From a bacterium (GTDB taxonomy: Bacteria > SM23-31): a stretch of 64,000 nt of DNA. Location: the NCBI GenBank assembly GCA_965249485.1, contig OZ252239.1, positions 1,888,001-1,952,000 on the forward strand. Direction: 5' to 3'. The notes below the pieces were generated by a model that was not told the origin of the DNA, did not search any database, and worked only from the letters and a program-made list of their open reading frames with translations. Each line of letters starts with the position of its first letter. Position 1 is the stretch's first letter. The translations under genes and the position numbers were made by a program. Below are positions 19,618 through 29,846 of the stretch, one piece after another.

Positions 19618-20679
19618 TTATGCTGTCACACCTTGATGGTATTGAATACTTTCTTTCTTGACAGCGTTGACAAGCGCCCGAGTATGGTCAGGGTTGATGT
19701 CCGGAAGAATTCCATGACCCAGATTGAAAATATGACCATCACCACTTCCATACGAATCGAGTACCCGGACAACTTCGCGTTTAATGATGTCCGGTTGAGC
19801 ATATAAAACACATGGATCGAGATTACCCTGAAGCGCGACACGACTGCCGATTTGTTGACGGATGTCGCCGATATCGATCATCCAATCGAGACCGATCACA
19901 TCGGCTCCCGATGAGGAAAGTTCATCAAAACTGTGGTGTACACCTTTTGCAAAAATGATAACCGGCTGTCCATTTCGTTTAATAAGTTGTAAGGTCTCAA
20001 TCATGAATTTAAGCGAAAATTCCTTGAATTCATCTGGCGCAAGTATACCCCCCCATGAATCGAAAATCTGAAGTGCATCGGCTCCTGCTTCCAGCTGTGC
20101 ACTGAGGTAATCACCCACAATCTTTGCGAGTCGTGACAGCAGATCCTGTGCTAAGTCGGGATTGTCGTATATTAGTTTTTTAACCTGTCCGAAATTTTTC
20201 GATCCGCCCCCTTCGACCATATAGCACAGAAGCGTCCAGGGAGAACCGCTGAAACCGATAATCGGAACACGGCCGTTCAGTTCATGCTTGACAGTGCTGA
20301 TTGCACCCATCACGTACCGGAGATCGTCAAGTGGGTCAACCGGATGAAGCCTCCCGGCATCTTCGGCATTTCGAATCGGATCGGCGAGGACTGGTCCAAT
20401 TCCTTCGGTAAATGTCAGTTCCATTCCCATCGCTTCGGGGATGACTAGTATATCAGAAAATATGATAGCGGCGTCGACGCCGATAAGGTCGACCGGCTGA
20501 AGTGTTACTTCAGCGGCAAGCTCTGGTGTTTTACACATGGTAAGAAAATCGGCTTGCGCTCTCACCTGCCGATATTCGGGTAAATATCTGCCTGCCTGCC
20601 GCATAATCCAGACAGGTGTGCGCTCGACAGGCTGCCGTTTGCATGCTCGAATAAATAAACTGTCTTCACTTCGCGTCAC
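19618..20679 (-). CDS. hemE: Uroporphyrinogen decarboxylase
   Basis: PVWIMRQAGRYLPEY, FSDIL, QIFDSW, FNLGHGI. Confidence 0.98.
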   Translation of the reverse strand: MTRSEDSLFIRACKRQPVERTPVWIMRQAGRYLPEYRQVRAQADFLTMCKTPELAAEVTLQPVDLIGVDAAIIFSDILVIPEAMGMELTFTEGIGPVLADPIRNAEDAGRLHPVDPLDDLRYVMGAISTVKHELNGRVPIIGFSGSPWTLLCYMVEGGGSKNFGQVKKLIYDNPDLAQDLLSRLAKIVGDYLSAQLEAGADALQIFDSWGGILAPDEFKEFSLKFMIETLQLIKRNGQPVIIFAKGVHHSFDELSSSGADVIGLDWMIDIGDIRQQIGSRVALQGNLDPCVLYAQPDIIKREVVRVLDSYGSGDGHIFNLGHGILPDINPDHTRALVNAVKKESIQYHQGVTA

Positions 20680-20791
20680 TCATAAGCTCCGGATTCATGA
20701 AATTATTATATTTAAAAATATAAGGTTTGTTCTATTAAAAAGGAAGGACTTTTTGGTAGAACAAGGAAGGCAGTTATTTTGTAGAGGTTTG

Positions 20792-21935
20792 CTAATTAAA
20801 TACAGATAAAAACCAGTACGTCATTCCGCTGAGTAATGCTGCAACCGGCAGCGTCAAAATCCATGAAAGTACAATATTTCTCACAACGCGCGTGTTTGCA
20901 TTCCCTGAAGAGAGGCCAATGCCAAAAATGGACCCGACCGAAACGTGGGTAGTTGAGACTGGTACACCGAGTCTGCTTGCGATAACAACTAGAAAACCAG
21001 TCACAATATTAGCTGTAAAACCCTGAGTATGGCTGATCGGTACAATCTTTTTACTCATCGTTTCGGCAACTTTTCGAGCATTAAGAAGGCCGCCCAAGGC
21101 CATGCCGATAGCCACCGCCACCATTCCGTACTCGATTCCAAATCCGCTGAAAAGAACAAGGAGTGCTACAATTTTTGGTGTGTCATTCAGACCACGTGCG
21201 AAACTGACAATTCCTGAGCTGATAAAATGGGCACTATCGACAAGACTTTGGAGTTGAAAACCAAAATAACCTGCCCTTATAGCGCTCAATGCAATTTTCG
21301 GGTGCATCAACGGCAATCTCGGGTAGTGCGACAGTCTGTTGTGACTGAAGTACGTACGACGAACCGGAAAGTGCAGCAACCGGTACAAATTGCTTCTTTT
21401 CACCGATACAAACACAGAGTTCCTTTTCAAATCCAATCCTCTTCCTTATACGGTGAAATATTCCATAGAGAAATGTCGATAAGGTAAGTGCAAGTATAGG
21501 ACTGACAAGAAGCGGCAGAATAAATTTATTACCGAGCGCAGCAATATTGACTTGCATTCCGACCGCGGCGAAACCTGTTCCGGTAAGTGCGCCGGTCAGG
21601 CTGTGTGTTGTCGATATGGGAAATCCGGTCAAGGTCGCAAGAAAAACCGTCAAACCTGCTCCTATTCCGACTGCCGTTAGGAATTCGGGTGAACCTGCAA
21701 CCATATCAGGAACAAGCCCTTTTCCTGAAAAATTCTTCACAAGCGCAGAAGCAAAAAAAATTGAAACAATCGAACCGGCAAAAGTAGTTCCTGTTGCCCA
21801 CCAAATTGCCTTATTATAGTTGAGTGTGTCACTTCCGAAAAGAGTTGCAACACCCTTAAAATTGTCGTTTGCTCCGTTTGAATACGCTAAAAACCACGTT
21901 GTCAATATCAGAATAATGGAAAGAGGCAGTACCAT
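20792..21935 (-). pseudogene. PiT-family inorganic phosphate/anion transporter, frameshifted near 21263-21266
   Basis: The N-half (NGANDNFKG, PISTTH) and C-half (RGLNDTPK, PVSTTH) are in different frames. Removing one T from TTTT restores YKGRLFGFQLQ. Confidence 0.85.
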
Positions 21936-22055
21936 TCGTAGGAATTCCTTTTATTCAAAAATAAAAAGCGAAATGAATATGGTTGTAGCATAACAAATTA
22001 GAATAAAAAAAAGTTCCATGGTCAACGTAATGACGGAACGTTATCTATCCGAGAA

Positions 22056-24530
22056 CTAAAAATCTGTTTTCAGACCGATCAGAAATGTTCTCGGTAAACC
22101 GGGGCGAACACCGGCTGGTCTGCGAGAAACAATATAAGTAGTATCAAATGCATTTTTTACACCGGTATAGAGCCTGCTATTACCGGTTAATGTGTATTCT
22201 AAATTAGCATCCAGTGTAAAATGGGAATCAACGCTTTGCATGGTGATGATTGTTCCTTGACCAGCAACTGTTCGTACTTTTCCGTTATATTTACCAGTTA
22301 CATCAAGCTGCCACTCCTGAGAAGTAATGCCTCCGCTGAAAGAAAACTGGTGCCGTGGAAGATAGGGGAGTTCATCACCTATTGATACCGTTCCCCACGG
22401 TTCGTAATCGCTGTTCAAACTGTTTTTAAACTGAGCATCTGTGAATGTATAAGCTGCAGTAACCGGGAATGAGTAGCGTTGCACCGAAGTTACAGCACTC
22501 AAGTCATACCGGGCGGAATATTCCACTCCTTTGACTTCGACATGGCCACCATTCAATAAATCTCCAGAACCTGACCCTCCCACACCGGCCAGATCTGAAC
22601 CGAGAAGATTGTCATAATCGTTATAGAAGACGACGATTTGCGTAGCAAGATTATTGTTTGCTATGTTTACACCCAGTTCGTAATTGATACTTGTTTCAGG
22701 ATTGGTGCCGTCTTTTGATCCCGGGGGAGAAAAGCCCCGGTGCACACCTGTAAACACACTAATATTTGTATTAACATCGTATTCGAGACCGATACCGGGT
22801 ATCCAGATAGAAATATTGTTTTCCAGGTATGAAGCATTACTACCTGATCTTTCGGGATCGGTTTTGCAGTAATCAGTGCGGCCGAGTTTCATCGTCTCAT
22901 ATCGAATTCCCGGAACGGCAGTGAATTTACCTCTACTTAATCTGTACTGAGCAAAATATGCAAAGGCTTCCGCGGTACTGAACCTGTTGCTTTCTGTACC
23001 CGGTATTCCCTGTTCCGTAAGCTTCATGATACTGTTGTTCATCCGGTACAAATCAACCCATTGAAATCGGTCAACTTCATCTTCATGATACCGGGCGCCA
23101 AGTTCTATCTGGTGGAGGGTATTTTCCCGATTTCCTAATTGAATCCCGACAATAGACTGCACTCCGGTTGAGAGATATGATCTGTTATTTGCTTTGATTT
23201 CAAGTGCATTATCGTTATTGGATGATGTGCCAGTGATAATTGCATATTCTTGTGTATAAGCAGTTGGATCAGAAAGGATTGCGCCAATAGTTGAGCGTGA
23301 ACCGTCAACCGTAGCACGGACTCGATCGAGCTTATACCAATTCCGATCAAATTCGTTTCTGTACATCGTCGTGGTAACGTCCAGTTTGTCATTCAGCATA
23401 AACAAATGTGTTGCACTCACCTGCTGATGTTTTGAGTTCATCACATCATTTTGCGATGCTGTATACCGTCTCAACGGATTCGCTGCAAAATCGTCATCTG
23501 TCAGCCCAAGATAGGTCGCGTTCGACACTTCATCTGTTTGACTGAGTTTCACCGTGAATGATTGGTAAAACTTGGCATTCCGAGAAGTGTTGAGGCGGAA
23601 TTTGATGAGATAGTCTTCTTTTTCAAATCCCGAGTTACCACCATTGTCAAGATTTTTAAACCCGTTACTCTTAAGTTGGTTATACTCAGTAACAAACCCA
23701 ATATTTTTGTATGAGTTTCCGGCAGCAGCATAGATACCATTCTGCCCATGTCCGCCGCCGTTCAGATGAAGCTTTCCAATCAATGAAACAGGAATGCGTG
23801 TTGAAATGAGATTCAGCGCACCTCCGGTAGTGAATGGTCCATACTTAATCTGGCTTGATCCCTTCCTGACTTCGATCGACTCCATCCGGCTGACTGTCGG
23901 AAAATAGTAAGCTGCCGGAGCAGAGTAGGGAGCGGGCGCTATCAAAACACCATCTTCCATCAGACTGATTTTCTGACTCCGTTCGACCCCGGTTCCCCGC
24001 ATGCCAATGTTAGGACGGAGACCATACCCGTCCTCTTCCTGAATATTGATTCCGGGAATTGTTTTGAGAACACGGTGGATATCAAAATTGTTATATTTCC
24101 CTAATTCATCCTGGCCGATAAAGTGTGCGGATCCGGGTATCCCGGTTATTTTACCCGTGCCGCCGAGAAGCATTTCCCGCGCAACAATTACTTCAGGACT
24201 CTGAAGAACATCAGGCAGCAAAATGAAATCAACCTCAGACCGGAAATCCGAAGTGACTGTTATGGTTTTGCCGAGTTCTGTGTAACCAATGTAGGTACAT
24301 ACAAGTGTATAGGTGCCGGTTGGAACAGATTGTAGCGCAAAGTTGCCGTCTCGAAGTGTTGCAGTACCGATCGATGTTCCTTCAACAGTAATATTTGCCC
24401 CTGTTAACGGATCGCCTGTTTTAGAATCGGTGACTGTGCCGAAAATTGAACCGAATTCCTGTGTGTGCAGTACTGATGCACCGGCAGTGATGTTCAAAAT
24501 TAGTACTGTGATTAAGAGTAATCTATTCAT
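22056..24530 (-). CDS. TonB-dependent receptor (FecA-like) with an N-terminal CarboxypepD_reg domain
   Basis: Signal peptide, G.VTD..TG.PL.GANI, EEDGYGLRPNIGMRG plug, RP.G.RPGLPR and a terminal Phe. Confidence 0.93.
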   Translation of the reverse strand: MNRLLLITVLILNITAGASVLHTQEFGSIFGTVTDSKTGDPLTGANITVEGTSIGTATLRDGNFALQSVPTGTYTLVCTYIGYTELGKTITVTSDFRSEVDFILLPDVLQSPEVIVAREMLLGGTGKITGIPGSAHFIGQDELGKYNNFDIHRVLKTIPGINIQEEDGYGLRPNIGMRGTGVERSQKISLMEDGVLIAPAPYSAPAAYYFPTVSRMESIEVRKGSSQIKYGPFTTGGALNLISTRIPVSLIGKLHLNGGGHGQNGIYAAAGNSYKNIGFVTEYNQLKSNGFKNLDNGGNSGFEKEDYLIKFRLNTSRNAKFYQSFTVKLSQTDEVSNATYLGLTDDDFAANPLRRYTASQNDVMNSKHQQVSATHLFMLNDKLDVTTTMYRNEFDRNWYKLDRVRATVDGSRSTIGAILSDPTAYTQEYAIITGTSSNNDNALEIKANNRSYLSTGVQSIVGIQLGNRENTLHQIELGARYHEDEVDRFQWVDLYRMNNSIMKLTEQGIPGTESNRFSTAEAFAYFAQYRLSRGKFTAVPGIRYETMKLGRTDYCKTDPERSGSNASYLENNISIWIPGIGLEYDVNTNISVFTGVHRGFSPPGSKDGTNPETSINYELGVNIANNNLATQIVVFYNDYDNLLGSDLAGVGGSGSGDLLNGGHVEVKGVEYSARYDLSAVTSVQRYSFPVTAAYTFTDAQFKNSLNSDYEPWGTVSIGDELPYLPRHQFSFSGGITSQEWQLDVTGKYNGKVRTVAGQGTIITMQSVDSHFTLDANLEYTLTGNSRLYTGVKNAFDTTYIVSRRPAGVRPGLPRTFLIGLKTDF

Positions 24531-24653
24531 TAGAGGACTCCTTGTTCATTTGTGTACCTGCAGGGGTTTAAAGTTGGTAGAGGGTAAGTCGATTAGGGAA
24601 TGCATGACTTATATATATTATGATAATAGCACAATAGTTATATATATATTATA

Positions 24654-24682
24654 AATTTAATACATAAATACATAAAAAGCAA
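24654..24682 (-). promoter_or_regulatory. sigma70-like promoter of the TonB receptor
   Basis: Minus strand TTGCTT-N17-TAAATT. Confidence 0.45.
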
Positions 24683-24829
24683 TATTTTTTGATAATATGT
24701 TTTAAATTAGCGAAAAATATGCTATGAGTTGGCGTATTGGGAATAATTAAAGAGCCAGCACTATTTTTGGCCGGCTCTCAAATGAGAATAGGATGTAGGA
24801 GGACAAAGATGCATATCGAAAAAAATGCT

Positions 24830-25897
24830 TTATTCAAACGATATACTTGAAAAAGCCATACCGTCGGGTTCACGTCCCGATTGCAGTCTGGTTACAACTT
24901 TCCACTGATGCAAATCGATGACCGAAACTATATCGGCACGGGTATTGGCGATGAATACATGCTGATTATCCGGATGAACCAGGATGCCGATTGGAGCCGC
25001 ACCTGCGGCATCTTCAAAAACTCTTCCACCAGTGTCGGCAACCTCTTCCTCAACCATCGGGATACGGCGGATTTCTGTCCGTAATGCCGCATCGAAAACA
25101 GCAACTTCATTTGATGTCATATTTGAGACGAGCACGTATTGTCCGTCAGGGGTAAATTTGACACGGATCGGGAACGATTCGGATTTTAATTCTGCTACAA
25201 TCTCGAGCGATTCCGTATCGATGATAGAGACCGTATTAGCTGCACGGTTTCCAACCCAAACTTCACGACCGTCTGGCGACATATCGAATCCTTCAGCACC
25301 GTCTCCGGTTGCAATTATTTTGATCACATCACCGGAAACAAGATCAATTGCCAATACGGTCCCTTATCCAATACTGGACGCAAATGCCCGCTCACCGGAA
25401 GGAGTAATGCTGACCATGTGACATGTATTGTCTCCCGTAGTAATCGATTGCTCGACCATACCGGATACAATATTGACGACGGCAACGGTCATGCTTTCCT
25501 CAGTGGAAACGAGTACTCGTTCACCATCGGGAAAGTAAACAATTCCGTGCGGTCCGACATTATTACCAAGCTCAATAGTACTGGTGACTTTTTTGCTGGT
25601 TAAGTCGATAACGGTGAGAGTGGAGGGATTTTCAGTACCGTAATCGGAGACCACAAGTGTTTTCCAGTCGGGCGAAACAATACCTTCATGGGGTCCGGTT
25701 CCTGTCGGAATTGTTGCAATGACTTCTCCGGTTTGCAACGATATGAGTGTTGCGGTATCATCCGATTTGTTTAAAACAACAAGCGTCCCATTCGCTATGA
25801 AGGAAGTTTGTTCCATCTGCTGCTGTGGAGAGCACGAAATAACGGTAATACTGATAACGAAAATCACAAAGAGAAAATTCTGTTTTTTACTGATCAT
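24830..25897 (-). pseudogene. YVTN/YncE beta-propeller lipoprotein interrupted by an in-frame TAA (25364-25366)
   Basis: AAGGAG SD before ATG 25897, lipobox VISC and repeated SPDG blades. The frame reads SSIG*GTVLAIDL. Confidence 0.85.
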
Positions 25898-26041
25898 TTT
25901 GACACATCTCCTTTTTAATGATTCAATACGAACGACCGAGATTGTAATTCCAAAAAACAGTTTCATATCTTTAAAGATCAACTCGACTCAATTGCACAAT
26001 ATATGAAATACAGTCAAAGTAGAAAAGAATTGAATAATAAA

Positions 26042-27475
26042 TCAACCAATTTCCGTTTTCGATGGATTGAAATAGCCTTTTACAATCATATTTATTATAA
26101 AAATCATGGAAGAAACAGCTAAACCAGGATACATTGGTTCAATTCCGAACGGATATCCGGGATAACCGTCAATTGGATTCAAATATCCGAAAAAGAGCCA
26201 GATTGTCGAAGTTGCACCAGCTGCAGTCATTGACAGTAGTGCTAACGATTTTAATAAGACAAATCGCTGAGAAAAACTGCTGAGAACCGGAAATAGCAAT
26301 GCTGGTATCCCAATTGTTCCGAGTGTGTACCAGATGTCAATGACCGACTGTGTATGCCACGCGATGAGAACACCGGCGCTCACAGAAATGATGATTCCAA
26401 TCCGGGTGTAGAAGGGTATACGGTTCGAAAGTTCTGATTGTGAACGCTGTTTCAGTCGTGCAAAGAAATCGTTTCCAAGTGTCAATGCAGAGAGAAATGT
26501 AAAACTGTCGAGTGTCGACATAACCGTTGCCAGCAGACCGGCAAAAAAGAGCCCTTTTATACCTGACGGAAGCAAACTGTCGGCAAGCAGCGGGTACGCC
26601 ATAATCGGTTCGATGTTGGGTAAAGATGCGCGTGCGTAGAGTCCTGCAGTGCACGTCAAAATATCAAACACGATCCAACACCCGACCGATATTAAGAGCC
26701 CATTCCGGGCTGTAGAAGGACTTTTTGCAGCAAGGCACCGTTGATAAAAGCCAGGATCGATCAGCGTCCATAATGCAATAAATCCCCAGACGAGAATATA
26801 TCCGGTTCCGAGTCCACCTGATGGAGAAAAATGGGAAGCGGGAAGATTTTCAGTCAGGAAATCAAATCCACCGAGCTGTATAATAGCTACCGGCACCAAA
26901 ATGAGAAATCCGGTGAACATGAGAATGAATTGTAATATGTCGGTTCGGATTACCGCTCTAAAACCACCGATAAGCAAATAAAGTGTTGATACCGAAGCAC
27001 CAATTAGAAGACCTGTCATTAGGCTAAAACCGAACACCATCTGCAGCAGTATTCCTAAAATAAGGATATAGGGTGCGGGAATAATCATGATAAAAATGAA
27101 AAGTGCTCCTGTAAGAGCCGCTCCCTTTCCATATACCTGCTCCAGTCTGTCGGGAATGGTAAGAATGTTGAGTCTCTGAATACGTTGTGCTAAGAGAACG
27201 GCAAACACAGCTGCAAAAATATAGAAAAACAGCCCTTGTGTAATGAGATTGACGATGCCATAGCGGTAAGTAAACTCACCGACGCCGAGAATTCCTCCAT
27301 ACCAAGTGGCGACAAAGGTTGCAACGAATGCCGGAAGTGTTAACTTCCTGCCGGCGAGGACAAAATCATCAGTTGATGTGCTCTGTTTACGGACAGAGAT
27401 TATACCAAGACCAAAAGTGATAAGAATATAAGCGATTAAGATTATAATATCAGGAAATGATAATGATAGCTGCAT
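26042..27475 (-). CDS. Sodium:solute symporter (SSS) family, possibly thiamine uptake
   Basis: F.LAGR.L, ATWYGG, GG..AVIRTD, QR.LAAKS, LA..MSTLDS. Lies downstream of thiN. Confidence 0.9.
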   Translation of the reverse strand: MQLSLSFPDIIILIAYILITFGLGIISVRKQSTSTDDFVLAGRKLTLPAFVATFVATWYGGILGVGEFTYRYGIVNLITQGLFFYIFAAVFAVLLAQRIQRLNILTIPDRLEQVYGKGAALTGALFIFIMIIPAPYILILGILLQMVFGFSLMTGLLIGASVSTLYLLIGGFRAVIRTDILQFILMFTGFLILVPVAIIQLGGFDFLTENLPASHFSPSGGLGTGYILVWGFIALWTLIDPGFYQRCLAAKSPSTARNGLLISVGCWIVFDILTCTAGLYARASLPNIEPIMAYPLLADSLLPSGIKGLFFAGLLATVMSTLDSFTFLSALTLGNDFFARLKQRSQSELSNRIPFYTRIGIIISVSAGVLIAWHTQSVIDIWYTLGTIGIPALLFPVLSSFSQRFVLLKSLALLSMTAAGATSTIWLFFGYLNPIDGYPGYPFGIEPMYPGLAVSSMIFIINMIVKGYFNPSKTEIG

Positions 27476-27579
27476 CCTTCATTGTCCGATTTGATTAAAA
27501 TTGGGAATTACAAAAGTTGTATATCAATATATAATAATGGGAACCTAATATATTGAGTATTTATCGAATTGCTCAGAAT

Positions 27580-28245
27580 TTATTTCAGTGGTAGGTGGTG
27601 TTGAATGATAATGAGCCCTCCATCCCGAATTGAGATAGCTGCATCAGATTCCGCGAATTCATTTGAAATGCCGCGTGAATCCTGCTCCAGTTCTTCATCT
27701 GTAAGATTATATTTCAACCCTGTGGTCGTTAATCCCGACACCGTTCCTGACAGAGGAAAGAGGGAAAGGGACTGACCGCGAACACCATGCACAGTGCAAA
27801 TATTGTCAATATATCTTACAGAACATTGTTCATCGATTAAATCAAGAGAAAGCCTGCCGTGGAATTTTTTCAACATTGACAAATTACCGAGAAAATGATC
27901 TATCCTGTCTCCTGTTGCTCCAAATATGTGAATTTTATAATCAGTATTACCTCTAGACTCGATATATTCCAATGTTTTCTGTAAATCGGTTGCATTCTGC
28001 TCGGGCCGTCGTACAAGTGTCACATCATCGAATGTATTCAATGTTGATTTAGTCACAGAATCGAGATCACCGACAATTATATCGGGTTTGATATCGAGAT
28101 CAACAATTTTATTTGCGCCTCCGTCGGCACACACAATCATCTCTGCACGTTTTAGATAGCTATTGAGGAAATCCCTGCCGGGTACTGTTCCGTTTGCAAA
28201 GACGAGAATAAATTTTTGATTAAGATTTTCATCTTCTTTTTTCAT
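27580..28245 (-). CDS. thiN: Thiamine pyrophosphokinase
   Basis: CADGGAN, PD.IVGDLDS, Q..TDL.K, GATG.R.DH, GLKY, GISN. Confidence 0.95.
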   Translation of the reverse strand: MKKEDENLNQKFILVFANGTVPGRDFLNSYLKRAEMIVCADGGANKIVDLDIKPDIIVGDLDSVTKSTLNTFDDVTLVRRPEQNATDLQKTLEYIESRGNTDYKIHIFGATGDRIDHFLGNLSMLKKFHGRLSLDLIDEQCSVRYIDNICTVHGVRGQSLSLFPLSGTVSGLTTTGLKYNLTDEELEQDSRGISNEFAESDAAISIRDGGLIIIQHHLPLK

Positions 28246-28250
28246 GGTTG

Positions 28251-28258
28251 CAAAGGTA
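28251..28258 (-). promoter_or_regulatory. Possible TAnnTTTG (-7) promoter immediately before thiN
   Basis: Minus strand TACCTTTG-caacc-ATG, with no SD between. Confidence 0.4.
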
Positions 28259-28344
28259 CAAAAATATCCTTACAATACCATGATAATTTTTATAACTACA
28301 AGAAGGAAGCATAGAGCGGATGTGCTGAAGAAAGGGCCGGAATA

Positions 28345-29817
28345 ATGACGCAACGAAAAGTATTTCTTTTATGGTTAGCGGTTTGTTTCACAGGTCTGTT
28401 TTTTGAATCCGAAACGAATGTTTTTGGTTATCAGCCGGAATTAACCCGGGAACAGATTCGCGGAATCGACGCTGCTTTTTCACACTTTACCAACAGTACA
28501 CCAGGTGCAGCTCTTTCCGTAGCTCAAAGCGGAAATATCCTCTATAAACAGGGATATGGAATGGCGAATTTGGAACATAATATCCCCATTACCCCTTCGT
28601 CAATATTTCATGTTGCATCGGTGTCCAAAGAGTTTACCGCATTTTCTATTGTGCTGCTCCATCTTCAGGGGAAAATTTCTCTCGATGATGACGTACGGAA
28701 GTATATACCTGAAGTACCTGACTTTGGGGATACTATCACTATTCGACACCTTGTGCACCACACGAGTGGACTTCGTGACCAGTGGGACCTGTTTTTCCTT
28801 GCCGGATGGCGGAGTGACGACGTCAGAACACAGAGCGATGTGTTGAATTTTGTAAATCGGCAGAAATCACTCAATTTTATACCGAACGACGAACATCTCT
28901 ACAGCAATACAGGGTATACACTGCTTGCTTCAATTGTAGAAAGAGTATCCGGAAAATCATTCAAAGACTATACCTCCGACAATATCTTTAAACCTCTCGG
29001 AATGGAGAACACTCATTTTCATGTTGATCACTCAGAAATTGTCAAAAACCGGACACAGGCATATCTCCAAAGTGAAAACGGATCGTTGAATATCAGTATT
29101 CCGGTATTCGACACCTACGGGGCAACATCTCTGCTTACGACTGTTGAAGATCTTGTTCTCTGGGCCGATAACTTCAGGCATAAACGGGTCGGTGGACAAG
29201 GTGCAGTAGACCTCTTGCTGACATGCGGTGTTCTAAACAGCGGAGAGGAAATACCCTATGCGTTTGGTATTGTACATAGAAACTATAAAGGGCTGGAAAC
29301 GTTCGGACATGGTGGTTCAGATGCAGGATATAGAGCCAGTTTCAACATCATTCCTGAACAAAATATGATGATAGTGGTATTGACAAATGTAAGTGATGGA
29401 AATCCGGATCAACTTGCAAGTAATGTAGCCGATATTGTACTAGCCGACCATATTACCGAGTCTGAGCCCTCTCCTGCAGAACAATCTGCTGTTTTTGAAA
29501 CGGAAACTACAGGCAGAGATCGTATCCTGTCGGAAACTGAGATTTCTGCCTACTCAGGGAAATACTACAGTGAGGAGCTTGATATTATATATGAAATTGG
29601 CCGTGAAAAAGGGAGGTTGATACTCCATGCTCCAAAACTGCGTTCCGACCCGCTTGAATATACCGTACCTGGCGTGTTCATCTGGAACACATATACTGAT
29701 TATGAAATTGAGACTTACCGGCTTGAATTTTTCAAAAATGAGCAGGAACTCATCGGCGGTTTTAAGATTACGAAAAACAGGGTGAAAAATATCAGGTTTG
29801 ATAAATTACGAAACTGA
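28345..29817 (+). CDS. Serine hydrolase (class C beta-lactamase/D-aminopeptidase-like), secreted
   Basis: ASVSK (SxxK), YSN, HGG and a signal peptide. Confidence 0.9.
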   Translation: MTQRKVFLLWLAVCFTGLFFESETNVFGYQPELTREQIRGIDAAFSHFTNSTPGAALSVAQSGNILYKQGYGMANLEHNIPITPSSIFHVASVSKEFTAFSIVLLHLQGKISLDDDVRKYIPEVPDFGDTITIRHLVHHTSGLRDQWDLFFLAGWRSDDVRTQSDVLNFVNRQKSLNFIPNDEHLYSNTGYTLLASIVERVSGKSFKDYTSDNIFKPLGMENTHFHVDHSEIVKNRTQAYLQSENGSLNISIPVFDTYGATSLLTTVEDLVLWADNFRHKRVGGQGAVDLLLTCGVLNSGEEIPYAFGIVHRNYKGLETFGHGGSDAGYRASFNIIPEQNMMIVVLTNVSDGNPDQLASNVADIVLADHITESEPSPAEQSAVFETETTGRDRILSETEISAYSGKYYSEELDIIYEIGREKGRLILHAPKLRSDPLEYTVPGVFIWNTYTDYEIETYRLEFFKNEQELIGGFKITKNRVKNIRFDKLRN

Positions 29818-29846
29818 AAGTTGGTTGACTACTCAAGTGAAGTTTT

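Noticed and set aside
28246..28344. TPP riboswitch upstream of thiN/SSS
   Set aside because: No CUGAGA…ACCUG core, and almost no leader space.
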